Of a DNA stretch of 64,000 nt, positions 10,636-21,075 are shown piece after piece (within the stretch, counting starts at the first letter, position 1; every line of letters begins with the position of its first letter). The DNA lies in IMG/VR virus record IMGVR_UViG_3300032007_001727, one strand, 5' to 3'. The notes under the pieces are model-generated. The model was given only the letters and a program-made list of their open reading frames with translations, was not told the origin of the DNA and ran no database searches. The translations under genes and the position numbers were made by a program. The stretch is from a virus. Taxonomy: Duplodnaviria; Caudoviricetes.

Positions 10636-10893
10636 ATGGCACAGAAGTGGTACGAAAAACCAATATATAGAAGCAATTTCTCCATCAGAATAGGGAAAGA
10701 CGGTAAGATATACATCAGACATTCAGAGTGGGACAAGAATATCTATATAGGGCCATACGACACCATGATTGATGCCAATAACGTTATGGATGAATATGTC
10801 AAGGCATCCAAGATTGGTCCGCTTGACAGACACTGCAATGAATATGCCGTCAGCAGCGTTCACGTGGAAAACGACAAACTATTCTTCATTTAA
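10636..10893 (+). CDS. Hypothetical protein
   Basis: Start MAQKWY. Confidence 0.65.
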   Translation: MAQKWYEKPIYRSNFSIRIGKDGKIYIRHSEWDKNIYIGPYDTMIDANNVMDEYVKASKIGPLDRHCNEYAVSSVHVENDKLFFI

Positions 10894-10903
10894 AAATAAA
10901 AAT

Positions 10904-11248
10904 ATGGGAGAACAAGTAATAATATTCATTTCATCACTTGCCGGATATTTTTCAATTGCCATAGTTGTGTTTGTTTTCCTTAAGACACGCAACCCAATTG
11001 TAGAATTCGCAAATTATCAAAAAAATGAATTCGGGATTGTTGACACTTCCCTAACGGATTATTTGGGCAATATCTATGTAAATAAAAATAATACCTATAT
11101 GAACATAGTCAAGTGTCTGAGCCTCTTGTGGATATTGACAATACCATTCTACCTTGGCGGACTGTTTGGCATATTCTTCTATAGACATATCGTCACCCGT
11201 GGGAACAAAGAGAAATTAATATCATCTTATTTTACTGAGAAATTTTAA
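10904..11248 (+). CDS. Hypothetical membrane protein
   Basis: Start MGEQVII; two hydrophobic segments. Confidence 0.6.
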   Translation: MGEQVIIFISSLAGYFSIAIVVFVFLKTRNPIVEFANYQKNEFGIVDTSLTDYLGNIYVNKNNTYMNIVKCLSLLWILTIPFYLGGLFGIFFYRHIVTRGNKEKLISSYFTEKF

Positions 11249-11256
11249 AAATAGTT

Positions 11257-11838
11257 ATGGAAAAAAGGACATTTCAAAAGGGGGATTTTATTAAATACCG
11301 TGCATATAACGATACCACGGATAAAATCACCTTTGGTATCTTTGAGGGCAACGACTTGGCACCACAGTACCAATATACAAAAAAACTATCCTTGGTATTG
11401 TATTACGATTCAAAGAAATACAGTCAAGACAAGGCAGGACAGTGGGGCTACCGTCCTTCTCTTGAAATTGCCAAGGACGGTAATGAATGTGAAAAGACGA
11501 TTGACACAACAATAGAGGATTCATGGTGGTCCATATGCACGGAAGAGGAAAAGGAGTTTGCCTTGCAAATCCTAAGCGCAAACGGATACATATGGGACGA
11601 GGCAACAATGACCCTCTTCGACAAAGATACAAATGAAGTTGTCCATAAGATAGTTGTTCCAAAGAACGAATATAACGGCAATATCATAAAGCCGATTTCA
11701 GATTGGTTCATGGATAAACTGAGAAAGTTTGTTATCTCAAAGAACGCCTTTGGGTCCTATGCCGGAACCCCCAACTACGGTGGCGGATACCATCCGCAAT
11801 ACGGATATTACAATGAGTGGGATTCCGCTTATGATTAA
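11257..11838 (+). CDS. Hypothetical protein
   Basis: ORF. Confidence 0.7.
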   Translation: MEKRTFQKGDFIKYRAYNDTTDKITFGIFEGNDLAPQYQYTKKLSLVLYYDSKKYSQDKAGQWGYRPSLEIAKDGNECEKTIDTTIEDSWWSICTEEEKEFALQILSANGYIWDEATMTLFDKDTNEVVHKIVVPKNEYNGNIIKPISDWFMDKLRKFVISKNAFGSYAGTPNYGGGYHPQYGYYNEWDSAYD

Positions 11839-11984
11839 AAAGAAAGTAAATGTTGTTAGTTTTTGCCGTTGTTGTTAACTTCAGATTGCCTCTTGTTAAC
11901 ATACAACGGCTTTTTGTTTAAAAAAGGTTAAGAAATTTGTTTTTCCCAATTTTTTTATATACTTTTGCACAAAAAGCAAAGAAA

Positions 11985-12161
11985 ATGGCATCAAAATCAG
12001 TATTAATCAAGGCAATAGAGATATTGGAAAAAGCCAATAACACGCTTAACCGCACTCTGCTTTCAACCGATAGCAGCAGTGAAAGGGAACGCATTTCCAA
12101 GGAAATCACCAAAAACGAATCAATGATTTTAGATTATAAATTTAGGATTAACCATGAATAA
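11985..12161 (+). CDS. Small coiled-coil hypothetical protein
   Basis: Start MASKS downstream of a TACTTTTG promoter. Confidence 0.6.
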   Translation: MASKSVLIKAIEILEKANNTLNRTLLSTDSSSERERISKEITKNESMILDYKFRINHE

Positions 12162-12990
12162 TAAATTGCGCGAAGAGAGAATTGCACTCTTCAATGAGAC
12201 GGTGGATACCGCCGAAAGAGGTTCATACCTCATCAACGGGAACGAAGTTGTCATCAACGAACTTGATGACTACATGACCAACAAGACAGTCTTCTACAAG
12301 AAGAAGGTTGATATGGACCATAGCACACTCCCGAGATTCGAAACGGTCATAAAGGTTATGAACAATGATTCCCTATACGAGGGAAAGAATCTGTTGGACG
12401 ATGGCCTAAAGGTTGCAGTGCTCAATATGGCAAGTTACGTTATGCCCGGCGGAGGCGTAAGGAAGGGTTCACACGCCCAAGAGGAAGAAATATTCCTCAG
12501 AACAAACCTATACAAATCCCTCTACGCATTCCATGACATAGCGGGTGAATACAACGTGGAGAGAAACCCAAAATACTCATACCCGTTGGACTTCAGATAC
12601 GGCGGAATCTACACCCCGAAGGTGACAGTCTTCCGTGGAGGCCAAGACACCAACTATTCGTTCTTGGAAGAACCCTACACCCTTGATATTATCTCTGTCT
12701 CTGCCGTAAGGAACAAGGAGGGCATGGAGACCTCAAAGAAAACCAACGACATCACTAGGACAAAGGTAAAGCAAATGCTTGACATTGCCTTGGAAAACGG
12801 CAACGATGCCTTGGTATTGGGTGCCTTCGGCTGTGGTGCATACCACAACGACCCCACCACGGTTTCCAAGATATTTGCGGATGTATTGGTGTCTGAGGAA
12901 TATTCAAACCTCTTCAAGAAGATACACTTCGCAATCTTGGACGGTCCAAAGACCAACAATTACAACATCTTCAAGACAATATTCGGATAA
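12154..12990 (+). CDS. TIGR02452/DUF2263 bacterial-type PARG macrodomain (ADP-ribose glycohydrolase)
   Basis: VLNMAS..PGGG..GSHAQEE and LVLGAFGCGAYHN motifs. Confidence 0.88.
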   Translation: MNNKLREERIALFNETVDTAERGSYLINGNEVVINELDDYMTNKTVFYKKKVDMDHSTLPRFETVIKVMNNDSLYEGKNLLDDGLKVAVLNMASYVMPGGGVRKGSHAQEEEIFLRTNLYKSLYAFHDIAGEYNVERNPKYSYPLDFRYGGIYTPKVTVFRGGQDTNYSFLEEPYTLDIISVSAVRNKEGMETSKKTNDITRTKVKQMLDIALENGNDALVLGAFGCGAYHNDPTTVSKIFADVLVSEEYSNLFKKIHFAILDGPKTNNYNIFKTIFG

Positions 12991-13009
12991 ATAATAATAG
13001 AATAACGAT

Positions 13010-13525
13010 ATGGATACAAACACAAAGGAATATTCATCTTCAATATTGAAGAAGATAGACGATAGCATGTCATCGCTGATGGCACTTCTTGCACACGGAG
13101 AGAACAACACAGAGGCAAGGAGCCGTCTCGACACGTTGAAGTTAATCAAGTCTGAATTGGTCAGAGAAAACGGCAAGTTGCACTCAAACGTGCAATACAA
13201 GATGTTGCCCCAAGAGTAACTTAAGTTGCTCTCGACCATGAAGAAATCCCATGAGGAAACCATAGAGGGCTACATGAAGGTGAACAACACCCAATCCGCA
13301 GAATCTGAGAGGGCGGAACTCTCCATCATCATGGAATACCTCCCCAAGATGCCTTCCAAGGAGGAAACGGAATCATTCATAAGGGAGATAATCTCCCTAC
13401 ACCTTGCAGAGAACGGCACAATATCCATAAAGGACATGGGAAGGATTCTCCCCAAGGTCAAGGAGAAGTACCCCTTGGTTGACGGAAAACTAGTCAAGGA
13501 CATTATCTTGTCTCACCAACAGTAG
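13010..13525 (+). pseudogene. GatB/YqeY-domain protein with an in-frame TAA at 13217-13219
   Basis: ORFs 13010-13219 and 13226-13525 share a frame; RLDTLKLIKSEL...ERAELSIIMEYLPK...KDMGRI...VDGKLV. Confidence 0.8.
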
Positions 13526-13533
13526 CGCAAAAA

Positions 13534-13860
13534 ATGAATAGGCCCAAATATGTATTCAAGTCACTTGGAGGGAACGATTCGGACAACTCCATAGATGATT
13601 ATATTTTTTTCTGCGAGCCTCACATTTCCGGCCGCAACAACGAAGGCTATATAACAAGACACTGTGCGTCAATAAGAAAAATAAACGGCAATGGAATGGC
13701 CTCGTTAGCAAACTTAGGTAACGAGAAACTGTTCAGAAAGGATAAGGTTGAAATATTCAACTTCAAGAGATATATCCGGACAAACATGTCTCTCATGGCC
13801 ACCGGAAGGATATATAACAAGAACAAATTCCGTCACGAGTTAAACAAGGTGATTAAATGA
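13534..13860 (+). CDS. Tandem paralogue family 1, copy 1
   Basis: RPKY..KSL, IFFCEP.ISG, FKRYI..NM.L, GKIYNKN motifs. Confidence 0.8.
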   Translation: MNRPKYVFKSLGGNDSDNSIDDYIFFCEPHISGRNNEGYITRHCASIRKINGNGMASLANLGNEKLFRKDKVEIFNFKRYIRTNMSLMATGRIYNKNKFRHELNKVIK

Positions 13861-14180
13861 ATGGACGCAAATATATACTCAAGTCACTTGGGGGACATGA
13901 TTCGGACAACTCCATAGATGATTATATCTTTTTCTGTGAGCCTCGCATTTCCGGCTGCAACAACGAGGGTTATGTGACAAAATACTTTGTGTCGGTAACC
14001 AAAATGAATGCCAAGGGAATTTCTTATGTGAGAAATGAAGGCGACGAGATACTGTTCAAGAGTGACTTGGTGGAAAACTTTACCTTCAAGAGATATATCC
14101 GGACAAACATGTCCCTTATGGCTACCGGAAAAATATATAATAAGAACAGATACCGTCATGAATTAAATAATAAAACATAA
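13857..14180 (+). CDS. Tandem paralogue family 1, copy 2
   Basis: Same motifs. Confidence 0.8.
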   Translation: MNGRKYILKSLGGHDSDNSIDDYIFFCEPRISGCNNEGYVTKYFVSVTKMNAKGISYVRNEGDEILFKSDLVENFTFKRYIRTNMSLMATGKIYNKNRYRHELNNKT

Positions 14181-14184
14181 TCAG

Positions 14185-14511
14185 ATGAAGAGGCCCAAAT
14201 ACATGCTCAAGTTAATTGTTGCCGAAAAAAGTTTAAACGGTTCAATTTATGACTGTATTTTTTTCTGTGACCCCAAAGTCTCGGGTTATAAGCACGAAGG
14301 ACACATGACAAGGTACTTTGCACAAATAAAGAACTTGTCCTTCTTTGGAGGAGTGGCAATAAATGATAAGGAAGGACTCTTAAATGAAGAGTTTGTGGAG
14401 AATTTTACCTTTAAGAAATACATGCAAATAAATATGGTGCTCATGTCCTCCGGAAAGATTTATAATAAGAACATGTACCGTTACCAATTAAGCCGTGGGC
14501 GGTCAAAATAA
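14185..14511 (+). CDS. Tandem paralogue family 1, copy 3
   Basis: Same motifs. Confidence 0.8.
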   Translation: MKRPKYMLKLIVAEKSLNGSIYDCIFFCDPKVSGYKHEGHMTRYFAQIKNLSFFGGVAINDKEGLLNEEFVENFTFKKYMQINMVLMSSGKIYNKNMYRYQLSRGRSK

Positions 14512-14522
14512 AAAAAAATAAA

Positions 14523-14846
14523 ATGAAAAGACCCAAATATATGCTAAAGTCACTCAGTGGCGCAGATAATGACATTTCAAAAACTGATTGTATTTTCTTC
14601 TGTGACCCCAAAGTCTCGGGTTTTAACAACGAGGGTTATGTGACAAAAGCATTCGTGACGATAACCAAAACGAACATAGGCGGTAAATCAATAGCCAATT
14701 ATAATTTCTTCGGTGATGAAAAACTATACAAACAAGATTTTGTTGAGAGTTTTACCTTCAAGAAATACATGAGAATAAACATGACCCTCATGTTCGCCGG
14801 AAAGATATATAACAAGAACAGATACCGTTATGAATTAAATAAATAA
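14523..14846 (+). CDS. Tandem paralogue family 1, copy 4
   Basis: Same motifs. Confidence 0.8.
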   Translation: MKRPKYMLKSLSGADNDISKTDCIFFCDPKVSGFNNEGYVTKAFVTITKTNIGGKSIANYNFFGDEKLYKQDFVESFTFKKYMRINMTLMFAGKIYNKNRYRYELNK

Positions 14847-14875
14847 GACGTAACTAGTATAATGAACTGTTAATC

Positions 14876-15208
14876 ATGCTTCAATTAATTGAAATATCTA
14901 CACGTGGACGTATATACGAGGGAGCAAAATTTGTTGCCTTGTGCAGCAATGAAACATTCAAGATTCTTAAAGAGAAACAAGAAGGCAAACACCTTGGAAA
15001 AAAGGTTTATGCCCCATATTTCATATGGGTTAACAAACAATCTCCGGACACATTTGGAGACATAACAACCCACGAGGAACTAGGCCCATATGACGTTCCT
15101 AGTAAAATCACGTTAAAGACTTACATGTGCCTCAATGAAATTCTAATGGAAAAGAACAAGGTTTTCAACAAAAATAAACATAAGAGAGAATGTCAAACAA
15201 TAGAGTAG
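14876..15208 (+). CDS. Hypothetical protein, distant member of family 1
   Basis: C-terminal TLKTYMCLNEIL...VFNKNK. Confidence 0.65.
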   Translation: MLQLIEISTRGRIYEGAKFVALCSNETFKILKEKQEGKHLGKKVYAPYFIWVNKQSPDTFGDITTHEELGPYDVPSKITLKTYMCLNEILMEKNKVFNKNKHKRECQTIE

Positions 15209-15354
15209 CAAAGACCTATGAAGAAGGCATAGAAGAGGCCATTTCATATGTCAAGAGAATGATTGTCAAGAGCGACGCGCTCTTCACCACACCAAGGGAA
15301 GCCTTGGAGAATGTCAAGGTTTTCCTAGAGAACCGTTTCAAGCGTTTTATATAG
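15190..15354 (+). CDS. Small hypothetical protein (54 aa)
   Basis: Hand-translated MSNNRVAKTYEEGIEEAISYVKR... Confidence 0.5.
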   Translation: MSNNRVAKTYEEGIEEAISYVKRMIVKSDALFTTPREALENVKVFLENRFKRFI

Positions 15355-15382
15355 AAAAAGAAAAAAAAGAAAATAAGAACAA

Positions 15383-15916
15383 ATGAAAGAGGATATAACC
15401 ATCTTTAAGTTTTTCAACTCCATAAGTGATTTCACAAAGGAGTTTGTCACAAGCCTTGAGTGTTCTCCCATAAAGGTCAAGGGTGACTTGCACGTCTTGG
15501 GCATAAGAAGACACTACAAGAACGGCATACCTTCCATAGACTTCCACCTAAAGCACTTGAAGGAGAGAAGTGACGGAAAGATTTCAAACATACCGTGTGA
15601 GGACAACGGAGAGATATGGATAGACAGCACGCTCTTCCAAGAGTCCACCTCAAGGGACGTAGTCTCCAAGATTGTATCTTGGTATGAGTCCCTAAGTGAG
15701 TTCGACTTGGCCAAAATGGCATATAAGCCCTCTCACGAGCCTTCAAATTGCGCAAACAAGGAAGAGGTCACCATATATGAAAACAACCACGCAGCATGCG
15801 AGGGAATGCGGAAAAAACGCCTTGCCTCAACATCCTTCAGAGCGGAGATAAGGCACTTTGAAAAAAACGGCAAACAAGAAAAGAAATACACGGACGAGGA
15901 ACTTGCCGAACTGTAA
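15383..15916 (+). CDS. Hypothetical protein
   Basis: ORF. Confidence 0.7.
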   Translation: MKEDITIFKFFNSISDFTKEFVTSLECSPIKVKGDLHVLGIRRHYKNGIPSIDFHLKHLKERSDGKISNIPCEDNGEIWIDSTLFQESTSRDVVSKIVSWYESLSEFDLAKMAYKPSHEPSNCANKEEVTIYENNHAACEGMRKKRLASTSFRAEIRHFEKNGKQEKKYTDEELAEL

Positions 15917-15944
15917 CACGCACACATAATGACAATAACCCATA

Positions 15945-16448
15945 ATGATGAACAAAACCCTTCACTTGGACGAGATATTGGAAAGGCTCAGACTTGAGAG
16001 TTGTTCCATGTTGCGTTTCTCACCGAATTTGGATGAGTTCTTGGAATTCTTGAAACACGATTTCTACATCTTGGACTTGCACAACTTTCCGAAAAATGCT
16101 TGCGTGAGTTTCATATACGTGCCCATGCCAAGGTCAACCGTTGAAATTTCCTTCTCTAGCACCGGAAGCAACATCTTGACGGTCAATACCAATGATGATG
16201 TAATATGTTCGTTCTCAACACCTCTCATGAATTTCTCAAAGGCAAGGTACGATAAGAGGGTCTTCCGTTTCATAGTACCCTTCTTCGGCTCCTTCCGCGT
16301 AGTATATTTCTCGGACGATGACAAGGCACTCGTTGACATCTTGAGGACATACTCCATCTTGGAGAGGCTAGGGCCGAAGACCCCCGACAATATTTTCCAC
16401 ACCTTCGGAACAATTTACAGAGGAATCTGCAACAAGATAAAAGAATGA
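15945..16448 (+). CDS. Hypothetical protein
   Basis: ORF. Confidence 0.65.
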   Translation: MMNKTLHLDEILERLRLESCSMLRFSPNLDEFLEFLKHDFYILDLHNFPKNACVSFIYVPMPRSTVEISFSSTGSNILTVNTNDDVICSFSTPLMNFSKARYDKRVFRFIVPFFGSFRVVYFSDDDKALVDILRTYSILERLGPKTPDNIFHTFGTIYRGICNKIKE

Positions 16449-17209
16449 TGGAAAGACTAACATACCAAACCCCCTTGGGTTCAAGACTCTTGAGCAACGT
16501 AAGAGAACACGACACCATTGCGGGACAGATAAAAGAACAAGACCAAGTGTACGAACTCTTGCGTTCCGTCTTCACGGACAAGGACACCGCAGAGTTGGTG
16601 AAGAAGAGGGTGGATGCAAACACCAACACGGCTTCTTTGTCCCTACGCTTTTACGGCCAAGACCAAGTAATGAGGAGGATACCGAGAACGGTTCACCTCA
16701 TGTTGGAGAACTATCTCTTCATCCTCAAGGTCACGTACATGAACTACGGAAAAGAGACGTACCAAGCAAGCATAAACCTTTTTACGCTCAAGCCACACGA
16801 CGTTCTCACCGTCAACTACCACGTCTGTCCGCTTACGCTTGACACGGCCCCATACGCTTATCCCACCAAGTTGGCCGCACTAGATTTTTACGAACGCACA
16901 AGCAAGTGGACGGTCAACGTGGACAAGATGGTTCGGTGCGGCGACGCTTCAAACTCTCTCAAGATGTTGAGATATTCCGGCCCCGCCACTTCCGTTTCCT
17001 TCCTCTCCACGGACAAGCGGTTCATAGTTAGGAAGGCAAAGGAACTGCTTGCACTCTCCTCTCTCACGTCACCGGTCATCTTCAATCTTTTAAAGTTAAA
17101 GTTGGACAACTTGAAGGAACTTGAACCAAAATATTATTATTTAAGGGAGACCTATGGCACTAAAAATGCTGCAAGCCAAGACCTTCCCACGTTTCTGTGC
17201 AGCACTTGA
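16445..17209 (+). CDS. Hypothetical protein
   Basis: ORF with ATGA overlap. Confidence 0.7.
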   Translation: MMERLTYQTPLGSRLLSNVREHDTIAGQIKEQDQVYELLRSVFTDKDTAELVKKRVDANTNTASLSLRFYGQDQVMRRIPRTVHLMLENYLFILKVTYMNYGKETYQASINLFTLKPHDVLTVNYHVCPLTLDTAPYAYPTKLAALDFYERTSKWTVNVDKMVRCGDASNSLKMLRYSGPATSVSFLSTDKRFIVRKAKELLALSSLTSPVIFNLLKLKLDNLKELEPKYYYLRETYGTKNAASQDLPTFLCST

Positions 17210-17261
17210 CCAAAAAGTTTATCAAATTTAAAACAAGGGCAATAATGTTAGGATAAAAAAT

Positions 17262-17286
17262 GAGCGAACCTTGAATGGGTTCGCTC
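17262..17286. terminator. Terminator between convergent genes
   Basis: GAGCGAACC...GGTTCGCTC with an A-tract. Confidence 0.7.
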
Positions 17287-17331
17287 TTATGTTTATAGAT
17301 GGTGTGAGATTAGAGTTGGTCTTGTGGCTGC

Positions 17332-17727
17332 TTAATCATCAGCATAATCACCAAGACCTAAGTTTTGAGCCATTCTTTTACCTTTTTGGTGGTATCCTTT
17401 GAAATATGGACTTCGCTTCATTATTTGTTCTGCACCGCTTAATCCATCAGAGTTGGTTAATTCAATTCCGTTTTCTTGGTCTCTCCTTCCGATATTCCAT
17501 TCTCGTTCCGCACTTCTTGCTTTCTCTAGATTGTTATGAATATCTCTTTCATCTTGGTCACGCCACCCTCTTGCGCTTCTTACTCGGTGGACGGCCCCCC
17601 AATCTTCTGCGTTATTACCGTGAAGACTTTCTCCACCATATTCTACTTCATTGAGTATTCTATTCACTGACTCTTTCACGATTCTATGAAGGTCACTCTC
17701 CGTTAATCTTATAAGTTTCTTTTTCAT
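17332..17727 (-). CDS. Putative virion-associated protein with LTESDLHRIVKESV leader motif
   Basis: MKKKLIRLTESDLHRIVKESVNRILNE; GATATTTAT motif upstream. Confidence 0.7.
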   Translation of the reverse strand: MKKKLIRLTESDLHRIVKESVNRILNEVEYGGESLHGNNAEDWGAVHRVRSARGWRDQDERDIHNNLEKARSAEREWNIGRRDQENGIELTNSDGLSGAEQIMKRSPYFKGYHQKGKRMAQNLGLGDYADD

Positions 17728-17835
17728 ATTGTTTTATATGTGTTTATTTTGTTATTTTTATAATAAATATCACAATAAACAGAAAATGCAGCCATTTCTG
17801 ACTGCATTTTAATATTTGTTGTGCCAACTGCTATG

Positions 17836-18522
17836 TTACTGCTCAACCTTGGTCCAATTATATAATCCCAAGTAATAGTTTGCATTTTGCATCCAAGTAT
17901 TATAGCCACTGCTACCTTGTGGAACGTATAGAGTACCATTAGATGCTATTTCATTAAATGTGTCATCAATTAAGGTAGGTGCCGTCATGGCAAGTGACGT
18001 AATGGACGTAAGACTACTACACTCAAGGAAACACTGACTGCCAACGCTTGTAACACCACTTGGTATCGTTATGCTTGTTAAACCACTACATTCTCTAAAT
18101 AAATCCTCACCAAGCCTTGTAACACCGCTTGGAATCGTTACGCTCGTTAAACTCGAACATTGACTGAAAACAAAATCACCAATGCTTGTAACGGTGTCCG
18201 AAATCGTTATGCTTGATAACTCATAGCACCCGCTGAAAACACTATCGCCAATGCTTGTGCACAGCGTACCGATTTCAACGCTTGTAATCTCATATTTCAT
18301 GTCCACCACATCATATATCATGCTATCGGTCAGTTCTCCGCTTCCCTCAATCTCCATGGGGCCACTATAACTTGATGTCAGTTTACAGAAGAAGGGTGAC
18401 TCCACGTACGGAGTATAGTGCATTTCGTTTTCTTGTACGCAAAGTGACACGTTAGGCAGTATCAATCCGCTTTGTGCAGCCTCATATGCGCTGTGATTCT
18501 CAAATTCTTTAACGTATTTCAT
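17836..18522 (-). CDS. Short BspA-like LRR protein without poly-C tract
   Basis: Same N-terminal module and WTKVEQ C-terminus; linker reads YTPYVESP. Confidence 0.9.
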   Translation of the reverse strand: MKYVKEFENHSAYEAAQSGLILPNVSLCVQENEMHYTPYVESPFFCKLTSSYSGPMEIEGSGELTDSMIYDVVDMKYEITSVEIGTLCTSIGDSVFSGCYELSSITISDTVTSIGDFVFSQCSSLTSVTIPSGVTRLGEDLFRECSGLTSITIPSGVTSVGSQCFLECSSLTSITSLAMTAPTLIDDTFNEIASNGTLYVPQGSSGYNTWMQNANYYLGLYNWTKVEQ

Positions 18523-18949
18523 AGTTAAATTAATTAATAAAGATTTAAGTTAAGTTATTTATTTCTCTTTATAAATATCACAATGAGTTTGTTTTTCATG
18601 GAGAAATATCCACATATTTCACGTCTTCCCGCATAAATAGGGAGGATTGAACGTATAGTAAGCGTAGAAATTAATTTTTTAAAACACTTAATTCATTGAT
18701 AATCAGATAGTTAGTGTTAAACCTTATGAATTAAGTTCATAAGACTTCATAAGGGTGAAAAATTGAAGGCGAAACCGTCAATGAAACATATATTGTTGTG
18801 GTGTTATAGTATGGTTTTGACTGACGGTTTTAAGGGAAATAAGAAAAAAAGAAAGGTGATAATGAAAGGGTGATAAAAAAAAGAATAAGAAGAAACAAGA
18901 ACAAATTAAAAGTAGTAATGATTAGAAGGAGTAATAAAAAGAAAGGTGA

Positions 18950-19272
18950 TATAAAAACCTTAAAACAACAAAAAACAATAATAAAATTGTGATAAAAATA
19001 GCATTTTTTCTGACCACTGCAAAAACCTTAAAAACTGTGATAAAAAGAAGCATTTTTTGTTACTGTTGTAAAAATCTTAAAAACCTTAATAAAAGGTGAT
19101 AAAAAACAGCATTTTTTCCGACTGTTGAAAAAACCACAAAAACTGCAATAAAAACCTTAAAAAGAAGCATTTTTTCCGGCTGTTGTAAAAACCTTAAAAA
19201 CCTTAATAAAAACCTTAAAAAGAAGCATTTTTTCCGGCTGTTGTAAAAACCTTAAAAACCTTAATAAAAACA
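18950..19272. repeat. Five imperfect ~50-60 bp tandem repeats with phased A-tracts (origin-like)
   Basis: AGCATTTTTT core at ~19000, 19049, 19108, 19166 and 19224 with AAAAACCTT subrepeats, in a 1-kb non-coding AT-rich gap. Confidence 0.8.
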
Positions 19273-19388
19273 GTTTTCTTTTATTAATATTTTAATTTTT
19301 ATTAATTTATTTAAACTCTGCTAAAATAAATTTCGCCTATATGAAAAATTTATTTTAACTTGGCTAAAATAAATTAATATGATATTAT

Positions 19389-19450
19389 TACCGGTACTAT
19401 ATTATTACATTATTATTTTCAGTACTATATTATTACATTATTATTACCGG
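19389..19450. repeat. Direct repeat GTACTATATTATTACATTATTATT (2 copies)
   Basis: Seen directly. Confidence 0.75.
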
Positions 19451-19599
19451 AATTAATTTACTGAAAATGTAAAATCAGAAAATAAGTCTTACAGATTAAG
19501 TTTTTAGTACTAGAGCGAACCAAAATAATTTGTGCAAATATTTGTATTTCTCATATTTTTTTTATATATTTGCAAAAATTCATATTTCAGTGTAAAGAA

Positions 19600-20151
19600 A
19601 TGGCTAAAAAGAAAGAAGTGAAGGAAAGACCAAATCTGATTGAGTTGTTCCGAAACTATATGACAAGGAAATCATCTGAACAACAGAACGATGATGATGG
19701 TTGGGAAGATATATATGGTGTCTTTAACAATTGGTGGGAAGATGAGGATGACGGATTCGCGGAATATATGAAATCCAAATACGGGAAGAAGAATAAGCAT
19801 AAGAAGAACAAGAAGAAACAATTTGATGATGATGACGAGTATGACTTCAACTTTCCGGACACCAATGAAGACGTTACCGTCCTTGATAATGACAAGAAGA
19901 TATATTTCTATTATGACTATCATTATGAGGACGAGAGGGAAGAGTTTGATTCAATTGAGGAATTCAATGAATTCTGTGAGTCCATGGGGTATTTCATCCC
20001 GGACTATGTCATAGCGGAAATGTTCTATGGGACAGAGTTCCACTGTTGCATATATCCTAGCACTGAGCGGGACGGTACGTTTGAGGTTGCTTGCGAGTTG
20101 AGTTACGGGGAATTGTTTTTTGAGGTTTGTGATAATAGTGAGTTGGAATAG
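19600..20151 (+). CDS. Acidic hypothetical protein
   Basis: Start MAKKKEV after a TATATTTG promoter. Confidence 0.7.
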   Translation: MAKKKEVKERPNLIELFRNYMTRKSSEQQNDDDGWEDIYGVFNNWWEDEDDGFAEYMKSKYGKKNKHKKNKKKQFDDDDEYDFNFPDTNEDVTVLDNDKKIYFYYDYHYEDEREEFDSIEEFNEFCESMGYFIPDYVIAEMFYGTEFHCCIYPSTERDGTFEVACELSYGELFFEVCDNSELE

Positions 20152-20154
20152 ACG

Positions 20155-20616
20155 GTGATTAATTATTATTTCAATAATAGAAGGTTTGAACTCCGCGAGT
20201 TGGTCAAGGATTATCTGAAGGGTAGGATAACAGACCCCTCCGTGTATGGGGGGTATGGGTATAATTCCTTTGGAAACAGCGGCAATAAGGGTACCATTAC
20301 GGTCCATAGCGTGAGGGATGTCCCGGGGTTTAATATGGTAAGGATATATTTCTATGAGTTTTCAAATCTGTATCATACACCACGGACGTTTACTAGCGTG
20401 AAAGACTTTGAGGATTTCTGCAAGAAATATGAATTGGAGTTGAATGATTGTCAGAAGACAATGATAGCAACGCTTGGAATTGCGTATGTTGCTTGCTATG
20501 AAGGGTTTAAGGACTTGAATATCAGAGGTTCGTATAAGAATCTCAAGGATACCATGGGAGAAAGGGGTGCGTTGAAGTTAATGGACGGTATTGTGAATAA
20601 CAAATTCAAACTATAA
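20155..20616 (+). CDS. Hypothetical protein
   Basis: ORF; IYFYEF...F.S..DF.DFC resembles part of the previous gene. Confidence 0.65.
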   Translation: MINYYFNNRRFELRELVKDYLKGRITDPSVYGGYGYNSFGNSGNKGTITVHSVRDVPGFNMVRIYFYEFSNLYHTPRTFTSVKDFEDFCKKYELELNDCQKTMIATLGIAYVACYEGFKDLNIRGSYKNLKDTMGERGALKLMDGIVNNKFKL

Positions 20617-20850
20617 AAACCATATCTCATTTCTTTTAATTGTTGAATTGTACTTAATTAAGTACATGAGGGGGTGCTGCCTAGGGTGGTGCCCCCTTAT
20701 TATAATAAGGTATAAAAAAGAGGTTGGTACCCTTGAATGGTGATGCCAACCTCTTCTCGTAGAAATAAAATCTTAATCTTTATGAAAACAGTAAACATGA
20801 CATGTGCTATAATACCATTGTACTTAATTAAGTACATAGAGGGGGGATTT

Positions 20851-21075
20851 TTAGTTATCTACTACCCTCAAGGTGGTTACCTTCTCTTTATATTCATCCT
20901 TGAAGTGGAACTGTATGAACTGTTGTTCATTTTCAGCATCCCAAAAGCCTCCTCCCGGCATTCCGGCATAGTTCTTTGCCTTTTCAACATCTGTGGTGAA
21001 CTCAAGTTTATGGTTGGCTCCATCCAACTTGCTTAAGTATTCACCTTTCTCATTCTTTAAGAAATATCCACTCAT
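20851..21075 (-). CDS. Small hypothetical protein (paralogue pair)
   Basis: Y..K.D..N.KL.FT.....A motif shared with 21163-21369. Confidence 0.7.
   Translation of the reverse strand: MSGYFLKNEKGEYLSKLDGANHKLEFTTDVEKAKNYAGMPGGGFWDAENEQQFIQFHFKDEYKEKVTTLRVVDN

Noticed and set aside
18950-19272. CRISPR array or coding repeat
   Set aside because: Degenerate tandem A-tract units with no unique spacers and no ORF.
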